A DNA stretch of 63,928 nucleotides, taken from Octopus bimaculoides. Its lineage: Eukaryota. A model generated the notes under the pieces. That model did not search any database. It was not told the DNA's origin and worked only from the letters and a program-made list of their open reading frames with translations. The stretch covers positions 139,982,678-140,046,605 of the forward strand of contig NC_068981.1 of the NCBI RefSeq assembly GCF_001194135.2, read 5' to 3'. The translations under genes and the position numbers were made by a program. Below are positions 24,788 to 38,012 of this stretch, in pieces (position 1 is the stretch's first letter; every line of letters starts with the position of its first letter).

Positions 24788-26032
24788 CAAGGTGGTATCA
24801 AAAGGTTCCCGGACGAGTTATGTTTAATAAAAAAAAATAACTTTACCTAAGTTTTAACATCATCTCCATCGAAATAGTCACTTTGCACAGCAATTCACCG
24901 GTCCCAGCATCCGTGCCACTTTTGGAATCCGTCATGGAATTCGTTTCGCGTAAGTGAGTCGTAGACCCTGCGGCGATTCACTCTGGATTTCGATAACGGT
25001 GTTAAAATGGTGACATTGGAGCTGCCTTTTACTCTTGGGGAAGAGAAGAGAGTTCGCAGGTGCTAGATCTGGCAAATAGCGCGGATGCGGAGCCGGTACT
25101 ATGTTTTTTTTTTTTTTTTTGGCGAGAAACCTACGGGTGAGGAGAGCTCGATGACAGGGTGCATTGTCGTGGTGAAAAATCCAATTCTTGGTGCTCCACA
25201 GAACCGGTCGCTTTTGCTGAATGTCCTTTCTCAAGCGCTACAAAACGTCGCAGTAGAACTCTCGATTGATGGTCTGATCCTGTGGGGCGAATTCTCGATG
25301 CACAATACCACGGATGTCCAAATAAACGATGAGCATGCTTGTGATTGAGCTGCGGCTCTGTCATGCTACTTCGTCTCATGATCCTCGTCATGAAGTGTGG
25401 GGCATCAGTGTCACGCTGACGGAGATCTCTAAAGACTTGGATGCGGTGTTCTGTCTGCTCAATGGTCAGTAGGCGAGGAACAAACTTGGCAGAGACATGT
25501 CGCATGTTCAATCCAGACGTTAGGATTACCTACACAGACCCATATGACAACCAACAACATCAGGAATGTCACTGACTGTCCTCCAACTATCCTCATGCAC
25601 AAGCTGATGAATCGTCTCCACATTTCCGGGGGTGAGGGTCATGGCAGTCTTCCAGATCACTCATCCTCTTTCGGGGACGTTCTTCCGCTTTTGGAGCGTC
25701 CGTACCACTCGAAGCATTATGTACGACCCACTACCTCGTCTCCGTAAGCTTGCCGAAGCATGCTCAATGCCTCTGCAGCAGACTTCCCAACTTTAACGCA
25801 AAATTTTACGTTGAATCTTTGTTCCAACTTCTCGTCCATGACAAAATCGTAGTTTACGTCATACATGAGATCACAAAATCACAAGTTTAAAACTTGCGAA
25901 GTGAACACAGCAATGTCGTTCGTCACACTGTCTCATGAAGGTCACTGCTTGTTCTCACTTTGCACGCAAACGTATGCTACCATCTGTTGGCATGCTACAG
26001 AACTAGTCCGGAAATGTTTTGATACTACCTTG
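24788..26032 (-). mobile_element. Full-length non-functional mariner (1245 bp) with both TIRs and TA target-site duplication
   Basis: TA|CAAGGTGGTATCAAAAGGTTCCCGGACGAGTT ... AACTAGTCCGGAAATGTTTTGATACTACCTTG|TA. Motifs VSAKFVPRLLT, HHDNAPCH and YLPDLAP; the TGDE motif is deleted. Confidence 0.93.
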
Positions 26033-27410
26033 TATTTCCATAAAGTTACATCACATAAGAAACACATAAAGAGATGGATTATAGACGATTGAATCGATAC
26101 TAGGAATTAGTATAAATAGTTTACGATGTACAGTGCAATTATTGAGCTATTTTTTCTAGCACTTCACTATTTCATGTTCCCTACTCTTCTGTATCTCAAC
26201 AAAATATTACATCTAGATTCCTGAAGTACATAATCTGATTTTCTGCTGTAAGATCGTTTTTTTTTCTATCAACCATATATTTCCTTTCTGACCACATATA
26301 ACTCATTTTATTGAGTCTCAATCACATTATCTTTCCAAGGACTACAATATTAACTGCATAGGGCATTCGGTTTCTCCACATAGTGTATAATAATATTAAG
26401 ATCTATATTAATCTAATTGAAGATGTGAAGCTGCCACATAATTCGTGCTCGCGCTTTCTACAGAGATGTAATTCGATGTCAGTATACGTGAAACGGATAC
26501 GCTACCTGTCTCTGTGCTTGCTTTTCAAAACATTTTCATTATTGAAACCCTGGACAAACACATTTTTTTTCTCTTTCCCAAAGAAATATAAACGTCGTAG
26601 CAAAATGATTAGCCACACAAACGAGATTCACTGGATATTGCTCTCGTACATGTGTCGCTATTACTACACCCAACCAAAGCAGTCTTTCCCCTCCACATTC
26701 TAAGCTCCTGCTTCAAGCTATTCTGTGCTGTACTGCTATTCTTCTGCTACTATAGTTGTCTCTGCTCTTTCTTCCCCATATTATAACAAACCAATACTGT
26801 AATAGGTTTCGGCCAGTATTGACCCAGACCATGTCTAACTTAATGGCACCACATGGCGAAGTAATTCAAATCAGGAATCGAACAACATGGCCTACTCGAG
26901 TAAAGAGTTATTGTTTGCGGATACAATTCCGAGTGTAGGAGATTTATCCGGAATTTCTTGAAGGAATTTTCCTAACATTTCTTGAACTTTATGGGGTCTG
27001 TTTCTGTTTAATGTGTTTTGGTATAATGTTAAAGAGAGCTGGGCCAATTGAGGTGTTCCAACTTGAAAATCACCCCACTAGTATTGCATCCTTTCCTATC
27101 CTTTCAATCGTAGAGGTCCTGCAAAACCTTGGTCAGAGCTCCATGCTCCACACAACAAATCTAAAAGAGAAATAAATGCTTCGACTATGATTTCTTTGTG
27201 CGTGAGTAGTGCATGTGCGTGCGAGTGTGTGTTAATGTATGTGTGGGTGAGACACAAGTTTAACATATGCTTTTAATACATAAATTCCAGTGCTAATTCT
27301 CGATATTATATTTTGGCAGCTACAATAAAAAGTATGTTGTTACATATATTTATGAAGAAAAAATTCCGCTCACGTTAAATATACATGTATATATATATGT
27401 ATATATACAT

Positions 27411-27587
27411 AGTTGAAATTTACAGTAAAACAAAAGACGAAGACAGGAGTATGAACAACAAGCAAGTGTATTAGTTTAACACTCGGGAATGTGAGAAAGT
27501 CTTTCACGTTTGGAGCCTACGCTCTTCAACAGAAAGGAATAAGAAAAAATAAACAGAGAGAAAATAAAAACTTGTGGATTTAGCGAT
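27411..27587 (-). mobile_element. Short repeat carrying a degenerate hammerhead-like motif (PLE terminal-repeat-like)
   Basis: Minus strand 27536-27501: CUUU-CUGUUGA-A-GAGC(GUAG)GCUC-CAAAC-GUG-AAAG. Stems I and II pair but the core is degenerate. Confidence 0.45.
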
Positions 27588-27589
27588 CA

Positions 27590-28266
27590 AGTACACACAC
27601 ATACGTTGCCGGTGATTTCCCTACCCACTGTCTTCGGCGCTTGACATTTTTATAGACGACCCATTTCTCTTCACCAGTCACAATTCGGTCCAAAAAAAGT
27701 TCATTCGTGAGACGTGACAGCAAAGAAGAGCACACATCCACTCTCTGCGCGCGATTAGACTGGAAAATTTTGTGAGAAATCCACTGACACAGTTTGCTGA
27801 CTTTTCCTACGGCAAGCAGCTGTGAATGAATGGTTGAATGATCAAATCCACTCTTCGCTGCTAGTGTCTCAACAGTTACCGTGAGATTTTGTCCCAATGG
27901 GGTTTGCAGGACGTCCTCGACGAGCTCTACAGGACAAGGTTCGTCTTCTAGATTCTAGTTTCCGGTTTGGAATTTCTGGAACCGCTACTGATACTGGTAT
28001 GCGCTTACTGTCCGATCCCCATAAACTACATTAATATTCCTCGCACTTTCCTTTGCGTTCTTGCCTTTATTGAACTCATAAAGCAAAATATGCCGAACAT
28101 GCTCCAACGATACTTCCAATATAGCTTTGAAAAATTAGCTGTTAAAATCGAACTGCACTCTTCAAACCTCGTATTAAGTACAAGGTAAAATTACTACCTG
28201 CATTTATAGCAAGTTGAGGCAGGTAATATATTTTGTCCCCCGCAATTATTTATGGGATGATCCAAT
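27590..28266 (-). mobile_element. Mos1/Hsmar1-like mariner, 5' half
   Basis: One frame reads LEHVRHILLYEFNKGKNAKESARNINVVYG...Q*RFQKFQTGN*NLEDEP...KLCQWISHK...FLDRIVTGEEKWVVYKNVKRRRQW. TIR-like TTGGATCATCCCATAAATAATTGCG. Confidence 0.85.
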
Positions 28267-28589
28267 GAAAAGCAGTTGTAGAATGAAGAAAAATCAACGC
28301 TTACGTGTCATATTGGTACAAATACTGGAATTACAATTTCTATTCTTCACGAAAATATAATTTAACACTTTCATCAATTGAGCAAAATGTCAGTGTATTA
28401 CTGGTATTTATATAATCAAGGGTAGAAGGAAAGAAAACCAAATGTAAAGGTTGAAAGTATTCCAATGGCATGTTAAATGTGTGATGCGAATATATTAACA
28501 CTAATGGATTTACTTTAATACATTTATGCTACATTACTTCTCAATAGGGAATCGATGAGTATGGAAATGAAGGTATACAATACATAAAT

Positions 28590-28660
<71 letters not shown>

Positions 28661-28671
28661 TTAACAGATGG

Positions 28672-28716
<45 letters not shown>

Positions 28717-30789
28717 AGTGTGTGTGAGTGTGTGTGTAATTTAATAATATGCTAAAGTTTAAAAGCTCACAAAGTGAAACAATCTGTACTCATATTCACA
28801 CACCTGTATATGAATATGAATACTACTTCACAAGGTATCTTCACAAGGATATAACCAAGTATATTGCAACCATTAGGGCAGATATTTATGAATATGTTTG
28901 CATAACTGCATTTAAATATTTGCTTCTAAAATCATGTTACAATATAAGTGTCATCGGTAAATCAGCGTATAGTAATCTAACTATATTCTCTCATTCTAGT
29001 TAGAATATTATTATATCAGGATATTCATATGGATTGTTGCTTACATTTAGTTAAATATATAAGAATGTTTGAACACATTCGTACACACGTACATGCGCAC
29101 ACACACACACATTTGTATACACTCACAGTCCCCATATATTAGAATGTATGTCTATGTATGTGAATAGAATTTCTGAATGAAACCTTAATTGAATGGCATT
29201 CTATCGATCTGTTCTTGCTCTGGCAATGGTTAATAATTAAACTACCGGCCTTAAACTGCATGATGTAATTATGTAATATCGACAATATGCAACCTTAAAA
29301 ATTGTGGATACCTTACATATTAGGTTGTAGTTAGCTCAGAAGTGTCTTAGTTGTTATAACTTTACGTAATATTGCAGTATGGACAGCAAAAATGTTATGA
29401 CGGTGAAGGACATATCTGAAAACTTCGTGAGAACTAAAAATGTGCGGTTTTATATTACATGTCAGGAGACAGTTGTAAGAAATTTTATTTTAAAATAGGT
29501 TATGTTGATGTCACAAGCTTATGTGGATACCAGTACTATTTCTATTGTGAAAAGAGGGGAATTGATGTTAAGAAATAATTTCAATAATTTCGAGAATAAA
29601 TTATCATGCCCCCATGAACCAACGGAAATCAAAACGAGGATGCACATACTGATTATTAATTTGCTTTGTTAGTATTGAATATGTATATGTGTTTCGTTCC
29701 TGAAGAACGTCTCATCATTTCAGATGATGTACGTTGACAGCTTACTTGCTTCATTGATGTGGGAAGACGTTCAACCACCTGTGTTTCGAAGTGATTCAGT
29801 CTCTTTCGGGAAAGATCTTTCAGGAAGATTGTATCTAAACAATAACCGCTCTTTGAATTCAGTAAACAAATTATTTGCTGATGCATGCTGATGTCTGGCC
29901 ATCTGTTAAGCTGATAATAAATTGGGATGTCTGCGTTATATAGTAAGAATCAATATTTGCCAGCAGATTTCATCGTGAATATGCTAATTATTGAATTCTA
30001 TAAGCAGGAGCAATAGTTCTTGTTTATATTCATTTACCCGAAAGTAGTTTTCACTGAATAGCTGCAGCCAGATCAAATACGAGTGATTCAAAATGTCCGT
30101 ACAATAATGAGTCGGGCGTGTTGTCAACACATATCGTGTGAAACGAGAATGAGTTCTTCAAAAGCGAAATGCAACAGTGATTAAACTATTTCCAATGAAA
30201 TCTGCCAGAACATATTAAGAATGAATATGTACATCATCGCTTAACAATTTCAGTATATCGGATTCCTTTCAGTTGTACACATTTGGTTATAGTGATAACG
30301 GTGGAATATCTATACAGCCAGTTGGTGTCCTCAAAATAGAAGCCAGCTTATTACAGTTTACAAAAATATAACATACACTGGATAATTATGCCTTTGATAC
30401 TGCATGTCTAGATAAAAGCTGAAAGTGATAAGGGCTAGAGCGTTTCTCACCATATGCTCTAAGGTGATGGACATTTCAATCAACTGGTTAACAGATACAC
30501 ATGTCTCTAAGGCTAAATTTAATTTTTGTGTATAATGTATTAATTCATATGCATTGGAAGTGAAATATAAGTTTCTTAATATTTCTCGTACCGATATAAC
30601 CTTCATATACATAGATAAATACAAAATACACACGTGCATACGAGTACGCATATATATACGTAAGTGTGTATGTATGCATGTCATTGCTCAGTTTTATTTC
30701 AAGATTTCTTGCCAATAGAGAAAGAGGAGGTTTCTAACCTAGATACAAGGCACCTTCATTGGAATTTCAACATCAACAACAAGTATTTT

Positions 30790-31079
30790 TGTATGTATGT
30801 ATGTATGTATGTATGTATGTATGTATGTATGTATGCATGTATGCATGCATGTATGTATGTCCGTATATATGTATGTATGCATGCATGTATGTATGTCCGT
30901 ATGTATGCATGTGTGTGTGCACGTATGTTTGCATGTGTGCATGCATGCATGAATGTATGTATGTATGTACACACGCACACGTACACACACTCATACACAT
31001 ACACACATAAATGTAAGGTTTCTAATATGTATAAATATACTTTACGTAGCACAAACACATTCTCAAGTAGAGTATAATA

Positions 31080-31140
<61 letters not shown>
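30790..31140. repeat. (TATG)n/(TGCA)n/(CA)n/(TA)n compound microsatellite
   Basis: Read directly. Confidence 0.9.
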
Positions 31141-31145
<5 letters not shown>

Positions 31146-31599
31146 TACTGTAATGGAAAAAGCCGCTTATTAATTAGGTATGTAACAATTACGGAAAGTA
31201 CTAAAAGAAAGCAATTATTAAATGGTTCACCATCTGGAAATACTTTTATAAATTCATGTTCTAAGAAATTTCCTATAATTTCGATTTCTCAAGTTTCTTG
31301 AATTTTTTAAACTCCAATTTCTCTCAAATTTAAATATTTATTGCATTCACTGCGGAGTCTTCCATTCTTGTTTCCAAAGTAACTTTCTATTTTAAGTTTT
31401 CAATCCATATTTGGAAAAGCGACAGATTATTCTATTAATGTATACGTGATTTATTATTCAATAATAGGACAAAGTCTTTATAAGAATTTATCAAGTAGCT
31501 AGCGTGAAAAAAACTCATAAGTGAAAGATCCATCATTTATTCCCTAAAATATATTTATTTATATAATGTCATTTCTATACATGAACGCCTCACGCTAAG

Positions 31600-31760
31600 A
31601 GGGACTCTAAGGTCAAACTACCATAAGTAGGACTGAACCTGGATCCATGTGGTTGGTAAGGAAGCTACTTTATTTCATAAATATTTGCCATAAAGGCATT
31701 ACAAAGAGGGGACGAACAAGGACAGACAAACATAAAAGGGGTGAAGTAGCTGTATCGATT
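31600..31760 (-). mobile_element. Family A head fragment plus a B-variant tail fragment
   Basis: GGACTGAACCTGGATCCATGTGGTTGGTAAGGAAGCTAC. TACAAAGAGGGGACGAACAAGGACAGACAAAC matches the tail at 63080-63135. Confidence 0.55.
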
Positions 31761-33100
31761 AAATATTTACAATTTTAAATGTACAATAATAATTTGATTA
31801 TATTTACAATGTTCGATTAAAGCATTGCTCATTACAGATGCAATATGTAATGGCTTTCCTGAAGGATAGGCATCCGACTACCAGGGTAGACCCTTACTTT
31901 TTCTTTCCCTTGTTTTTGGCTTCCACTTACCTAGTGCCAAACACTCCCAGCTTCCTCGCCACAGGCTTCCATCTTCTCATGAATCTGTCTCGTGACAGAT
32001 ACCTCTTCTCCAGCCTGATCTTATTACTGAGGTGGTAACAAAAAAAGTTAACTAACCCCTGACCAGATACAAAGGCATCCGTCACTATGCCTCTTACACG
32101 CGTCTTCCATACTGTTCCTTTCAGTATGGCTACTACGCAGGAAAAGCAACCCTTCCTTTCCCTGTTGAAAGAAGGAGGCGGCACAATCTCGATGATAGAT
32201 TCAGCTGATAGCTGTACTCTTCCCATCGATGACAACAGTTGTTCTGCGAAAACTATCAGTCTCGTTAATTCCAGACATTCCAGGAATGCGTGCAAGACGG
32301 TTTCCCTGTCCTGCCCGCACCTCGGACATGTCGGCGATACGGCACTTCCATGCCTTGATAGTTTATCACGAACAGGTAACGCCGCACGGAGGCACTGCCA
32401 TGCCAGGGATTTCTGGTAATTGTCCAGATACCCCGGCCCGAAAGTTCTCCTGAACAGGTTGGTCAACTGATTTTCATCGTAGACCAATGTCTCCCCCAAG
32501 GCGTCCTCGGACCTAAATCCCATTAACCCGCTATAAAAATCCGCGGTGGAACTCCTGTTGCCGGCATTGCCCGCCCGAGAGAGTAGCTGAAGTGCTTGCC
32601 GGCACTCCAATTGTCAGTCCCCCAGCCTAGTTCTCTGCTTGATCCAATTACCAACGTCCGTGAAGGACGTTAATTGCGGAAGGTGGAACCGGACATGCGG
32701 TGACCAGACCTGCTCTCCATCCAGGTAAAGCCAAAGGTGTCTCAACCTTAACACGAATTTTCGCATCCTCAGCCAAGGCATCCCTAGCCCACCCGTTAGT
32801 GGTTTCTGGCAGGAAACAGAGCGCTTCAAAAGTGGCTTTCCTCCCTTCCACAAAAAGCGGAAAACGATTCTTTCCAACTTGTTCAGCCACAAATCGAGGC
32901 AAGGCACCACGGTCAGACGGTAGGTGATAACCGACGCTATAAACATCTGCACCACCTCCGCCTTTCCTAGCAAGGATAACGCCCGCCCAGACCAGGTATG
33001 GGTTAGAGCACTCATCCTGCTGGTCACCTCGCTCCAATTTTTCTCTATCTGGAGGCCTGGCCCGAACCCACAGAGCAACACCTGCGCCTTAACGATACTC
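31760..33100 (-). mobile_element. 5'-truncated Tx1/L1-like LINE, ORF2 C-terminus with zinc finger
   Basis: ORFs 32614-33081 and 31927-32610 are in the same frame, separated by one TGA. Motifs RALSLLGKAEV, FLWKG, GGLGMP and CPRCGQDRETVLHAFLEC; markedly GC-richer than the flanks. Confidence 0.92.
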
Positions 33101-33592
33101 TATGAAGTCCATTTATTCTATTAATCTGTAACTGATTTTTTGCAACTGCACTAATATTTACGCATGAAAATGTGAGAAGAGAAATATTTCTATTATAGAA
33201 AGGTGTCCTTTTTTCCGTGTTAATAATCTTTGATGTTTCTTTATAGATTTGGAATTGTGAGTCATTTGTTTCTTTCTTTGCGTCCATCCCTTGCTTTGCA
33301 CCTTATACATCTATTTGCTATCTGTGATATATATTTATTTACAGGCAGAATAAACCACATCTAATGATTTCATCCCTTAATCATTAATACCTAGATAAAA
33401 CTACGTTGCCTGACAACTGGAAATCGAATAATTCGGCAACTGAATATCATATGTACGATTTACTCATCTTATCAGAACTTTTTTTCAGACAACAGTTTGG
33501 TGTCTCAAGAATTACAATGAGCGTCAAACCGGAAATAAAAGGAAGCTATAAATGTAGCTATCACAGTGTCTTATTTAATGTATATAGACGCA

Positions 33593-33750
33593 GGTCTGGC
33601 TGTGTTATAAGAAGCTTGCTTCTCAACCACATGGTTCCGGGTTCATCCCCACAACGTGGCACCTTGAGCAAGGGTCTTCTACTATATCATAGGGCCGACC
33701 AAATGTTTTGCGAGTGGATTTGGTAGACAGAAAGTGAAACAAGCCGGTCA
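33593..33750 (+). mobile_element. SINE family A, 5' half, running into (TA)n and a gap
   Basis: GGCTGTGTTATAAGAAGCTTGCTTCTCAACCACATGGTTCCGGGTTCATCCC...GGCACCTTGAGCAAG...GGATTTGGTAGAC. Confidence 0.85.
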
Positions 33751-34468
33751 TATATATATATATATATATATANNNNNNNNNNNNNNNNNNNNNNNNNNNN
33801 NNNNNNNNNNNNNNNNNNNNNNNNNNNNNNNNNNNNNNNNNNNNNNNNNNNNNNNNNNNNNNNNNNNNNNNNNNNNNNNNNNNNNNNNNNNNNNNNNNNN
33901 NNNNNNNNNNNNNNNNNNNNNNNNNNNNNNNNNNNNNNNNNNNNNNNNNNNNNNNNNNNNNNNNNNNNNNNNNNNNNNNNNNNNNNNNNNNNNNNNNNNN
34001 NNNNNNNNNNNNNNNNNNNNNNNNNNNNNNNNNNNNNNNNNNNNNNNNNNNNNNNNNNNNNNNNNNNNNNNNNNNNNNNNNNNNNNNNNNNNNNNNNNNN
34101 NNNNNNNNNNNNNNNNNNNNNNNNNNNNNNNNNNNNNNNNNNNNNNNNNNNNNNNNNNNNNNNNNNNNNNNNNNNNNNNNNNNNNNNNNNNNNNNNNNNN
34201 NNNNNNNNNNNNNNNNNNNNNNNNNNNNNNNNNNNNNNNNNNNNNNNNNNNNNNNNNNNNNNNNNNNNNNNNNNNNNNNNNNNNNNNNNNNNNNNNNNNN
34301 NNNNNNNNNNNNNNNNNNNNNNNNNNNNNNNNNNNNNNNNNNNNNNNNNNNNNNNNNNNNNNNNNNNNNNNNNNNNNNNNNNNNNNNNNNNNNNNNNNNN
34401 NNNNNNNNNNNNNNNNNNNNNNNNNNNNNNNNNNNNNNNNNNNNNNNNNNNNNNNNNNNNNNNNNNNN

Positions 34469-34519
<51 letters not shown>

Positions 34520-34858
34520 CACCGCTGATGTAAGGTTTCGCGGTTTTCTTCGAGATAAACCCTATTATGGATATAGAAAACCTTTAAAACCGGAGAGAGG
34601 CGAAACATCGTTCTGGCAGTTGCTAGAGTAGACATTAGATGCAATTTGGTTCTGTCAGGCCTTGTCAAAGACAACCGGCTCTTTTTTTGTGTCACCTTCG
34701 TCTATTAGGGAAGTAACGCCAGGGATGTCGATTTAAATGCAATTCTTAATTCTCGGGAGGTACAAGGATTTGTCGCACAATACACGAGACTTCCATAGGA
34801 AGCGACTGCGCTATGTAAAACTGATGCAGCTCTGTTCTTACCTCTTATTAGTGCTTCA

Positions 34859-35550
34859 GTGGGGGAGAATGTCAAACATGTAGATATCATCTTTTCAAAA
34901 GCTCTTCACAGCATAACTCGAAATAGTCATCGGAGAGATTGGAAGGAAAGTGGTATGAGAAAACGTCTAGTAAACACTCATTTAGCAGCAGAAGTCTCAT
35001 ACCTGTTATGGACAAGACTGAGTGGACACACATAGTTCAGTGGTAGGGCTCAAAACAACCTGTATAAAACATGCATTCTGAAAACGGAGAGCAAAGCGAA
35101 ATAGTGGTAGGAAATGTTGAATTTGGTGAGGTAAAGGGGTACAAGAGTTTAGAACAGAATAAATAAATTCCGACACGTGACTGCAAGAATCTAGTTCAAT
35201 GAGTAGAGTGGAAGTTATTTGCCTCCATGAGAGATGTGGTCAAAGTGTAACATGTCAAGATCCTGCATACTAATATTTTCAGTAGTACCATCCTACTTAC
35301 GCATTTATCTGCGAGTAAGACGTGGGCTACAACGAACTAGAAAGAAAAGCTGGCTATAATACAAAGAGTTACTGAAAGGTCTATGGTAGGCATATCATTC
35401 CAGGAGCATATCTAAAAAGTGGTAATTCGAGAATGGAGTGGAGTAATGGAGTAACAAATGTGATCGAAGAACATCGAAAGCAGAATTTCCACTGGGTCGG
35501 AAACGCAATTCAGTGTGAAGTGGAGACGCAATTAAGAAAAGAGTGGAAGC
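34859..35550 (+). mobile_element. Decayed RTE-clade LINE (RT C-half and downstream)
   Basis: KLFTA*LEIVI..DWKESGMR and TWATT...KLAIIQRVTERSMVGISFQEHI...VTNVIEEHRKQNFHWVG match RTE 'SPKLFTA..', 'TQRAMERSMLG' and 'RWAGH'. Confidence 0.75.
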
Positions 35551-36718
35551 CGATTGTGATTAACAATATATAATACATCTCATAGTCTGGTGGACAGAGC
35601 GATGTATTAAATGTATTTGATATTCTGTTTACATCAACTTGCCTAACTCGTTCGCCCTTACATTTACACCTCTACCTGCTCAAGTTCAAATCTCTTGAGC
35701 ACTACGAGAGAATAATTGTCTCTAATATACAGATACAGATACACATACACACATACACATACACATACATACATACATACATTACACACACACACACATA
35801 CACACACACACACACACAAATATATCAGAGATGCCTTAATCTTATTTCATAGTCTCTGCATTGCTTTGGGTATGGCACTATATTTAATTTCCTCCGCTAA
35901 ACCGAAAAAAAATTTGAGTGTAAATTTAATGAATAAAATAAAACATTTTAAAGACTCAGTATTAATCACATTCCAAATCGTCAATTTCCCAGTAAAGAAA
36001 ATCTGTAATGAAAACACAAGGCAGACGAATTTCCTCTAATACTTCGTTCGCAGCAGATGTTTATAACTCATAAATTGGGTCGAGAATGAATCCTTTATTG
36101 ATGACATACGACTGCTTTGCGATTCGAATCAGTAAGAAGTATGTTTTACATTCCGTATTCATTTTAAAGAAGCTTTTTACTAAATATATACGATGTCTTA
36201 AAAAGACGTTTTTCACAAAATATATATAATTAACTCAATTCTGAAACCATATACCACAGTTTAATTTCGTTGAAGGATTTTGAGGATATCCTCTAGTCAG
36301 TCTAACCATCTTTATCTTGCATCAGCCTTCTGAAATTACATGAAACTGGCAATAAATACTGAAAATCCAGCTGTTCATTTCCTTAAATAAATATACAAAT
36401 CCCTAGGCTTGGCTTTTTAAATAATTAACGACTATTTAATTGAATTATTACAAATTATGCCCAATGTATTCGCAAGAGTTGTAAAAGGCAGAATTTGTGA
36501 CAGTTTTTCCACTTCTATTTAAACACATTCAAATTTGCTAACCTTCATGAATATTTTAATATTCTAATGTTACATACAATTCTAATGTAATTTATGATTT
36601 GTGCCTAATTAAAATAAATTATCAACATAGATATGGCGAATCGTCATATATCGCGTTATTGTTTGTTATTTTATTCCATTTACTCCTCTGATACCTTAAT
36701 ACTTTCGGAAAATTCAAA

Positions 36719-36771
<53 letters not shown>

Positions 36772-36973
36772 NNNNNNNNNNNNNNNNNNNNNNNNNNNNN
36801 NNNNNNNNNNNNNNNNNNNNNNNNNNNNNNNNNNNNNNNNNNNNNNNNNNNNNNNNNNNNNNNNNNNNNNNNNNNNNNNNNNNNNNNNNNNNNNNNNNNN
36901 NNNNNNNNNNNNNNNNNNNNAAGAAAAAAGATTTAATCATAGTAATTATAATTAAATTTATATATATGTGTAT

Positions 36974-37050
<77 letters not shown>

Positions 37051-37334
37051 AAATTAATCAAAGGACATAGAATGTATGTCTACCTGCTGGAAATAACAGT
37101 CAAAACTCTAATTTAAATCGCCAAAATACACCGATGGTAACTGCAGAAATCAACCGAAAGCAGATCAGGTTAATACAATCTCGTAACGAACGTTTAAGTA
37201 CTGGGAGTCACGTGGACCAGTTTCTGCATTGGCAAGATTAGCCTGAGCTTATGCAGCTCACGTTACCATGATGGAGACCCCTCTAAACTATCGTTTTGAA
37301 CTCTGCGCCGGAATTGATTCGAGGGGGTGTATAC

Positions 37335-38012
37335 CGAACCGCAACCAACATAAGTTCCGTACTGGAAGGAACTGTCTAAGGCAACTCTTACATCACTTTG
37401 ATGACATTTTCAGAGCTTTGGGAGAGGGCTCGAATACTGATGTCATCTACCTTGATTTTAGCAAAGCCTTTGACAGGATGGATCATAAGATCCTCTTGAA
37501 AACACTGTCCAACATTGGTGTCTCTGGAAACTTACTACAATGGATCAAGTGTTTCCTGAGAGGCAGAATCCAACATGTTATACTCGAAGGAATAAAATCA
37601 ATCCCACACAAAGTCAGTAGTGGTGTTTCACAAAGTACTGTGTTGGGCCTACTTCTTTTCATCATCTACATCCATGACAGTACTGACATCATCAAGCACA
37701 GCAACATAAGAATCATTGCAGATGATTCCAAGATCCAGAAGGTCATCAATGAAGTGGGTGACCGGGCGTGCCTTCAGTCAGATCTACTGGTTGTTATCCA
37801 ATGGGCGGAAAAAGAATGATATGCTATTGAATGAGGACAAATTTGAATTTAATCTACTTCGGAAAAGAGGATATCCTGAAACTTCTATATTCCCTTCCTT
37901 CCGGTGAAATTCTCATGGCATCCAACATCATCAGAAACTTGAGAGTAATTGTGGACAGCAACATTGACATGGCCCGCAGAACGTGTTCCTGGATTCTCAG
38001 AACTTTCCATCT
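37335..38012 (+). mobile_element. CR1/L2-group LINE RT fragment
   Basis: NQHKFRTGRNCLRQLL...DVIYLDFSKAFDRMDH...SGVSQSTVLGLLLFIIYI...IADDSKI...LQSDL. Confidence 0.9.

Noticed and set aside
34525-34620. CTGATGT...GCGAAAC, possible hammerhead
   Set aside because: The core is CUGAUGU rather than CUGANGA, and no stems I or II form.
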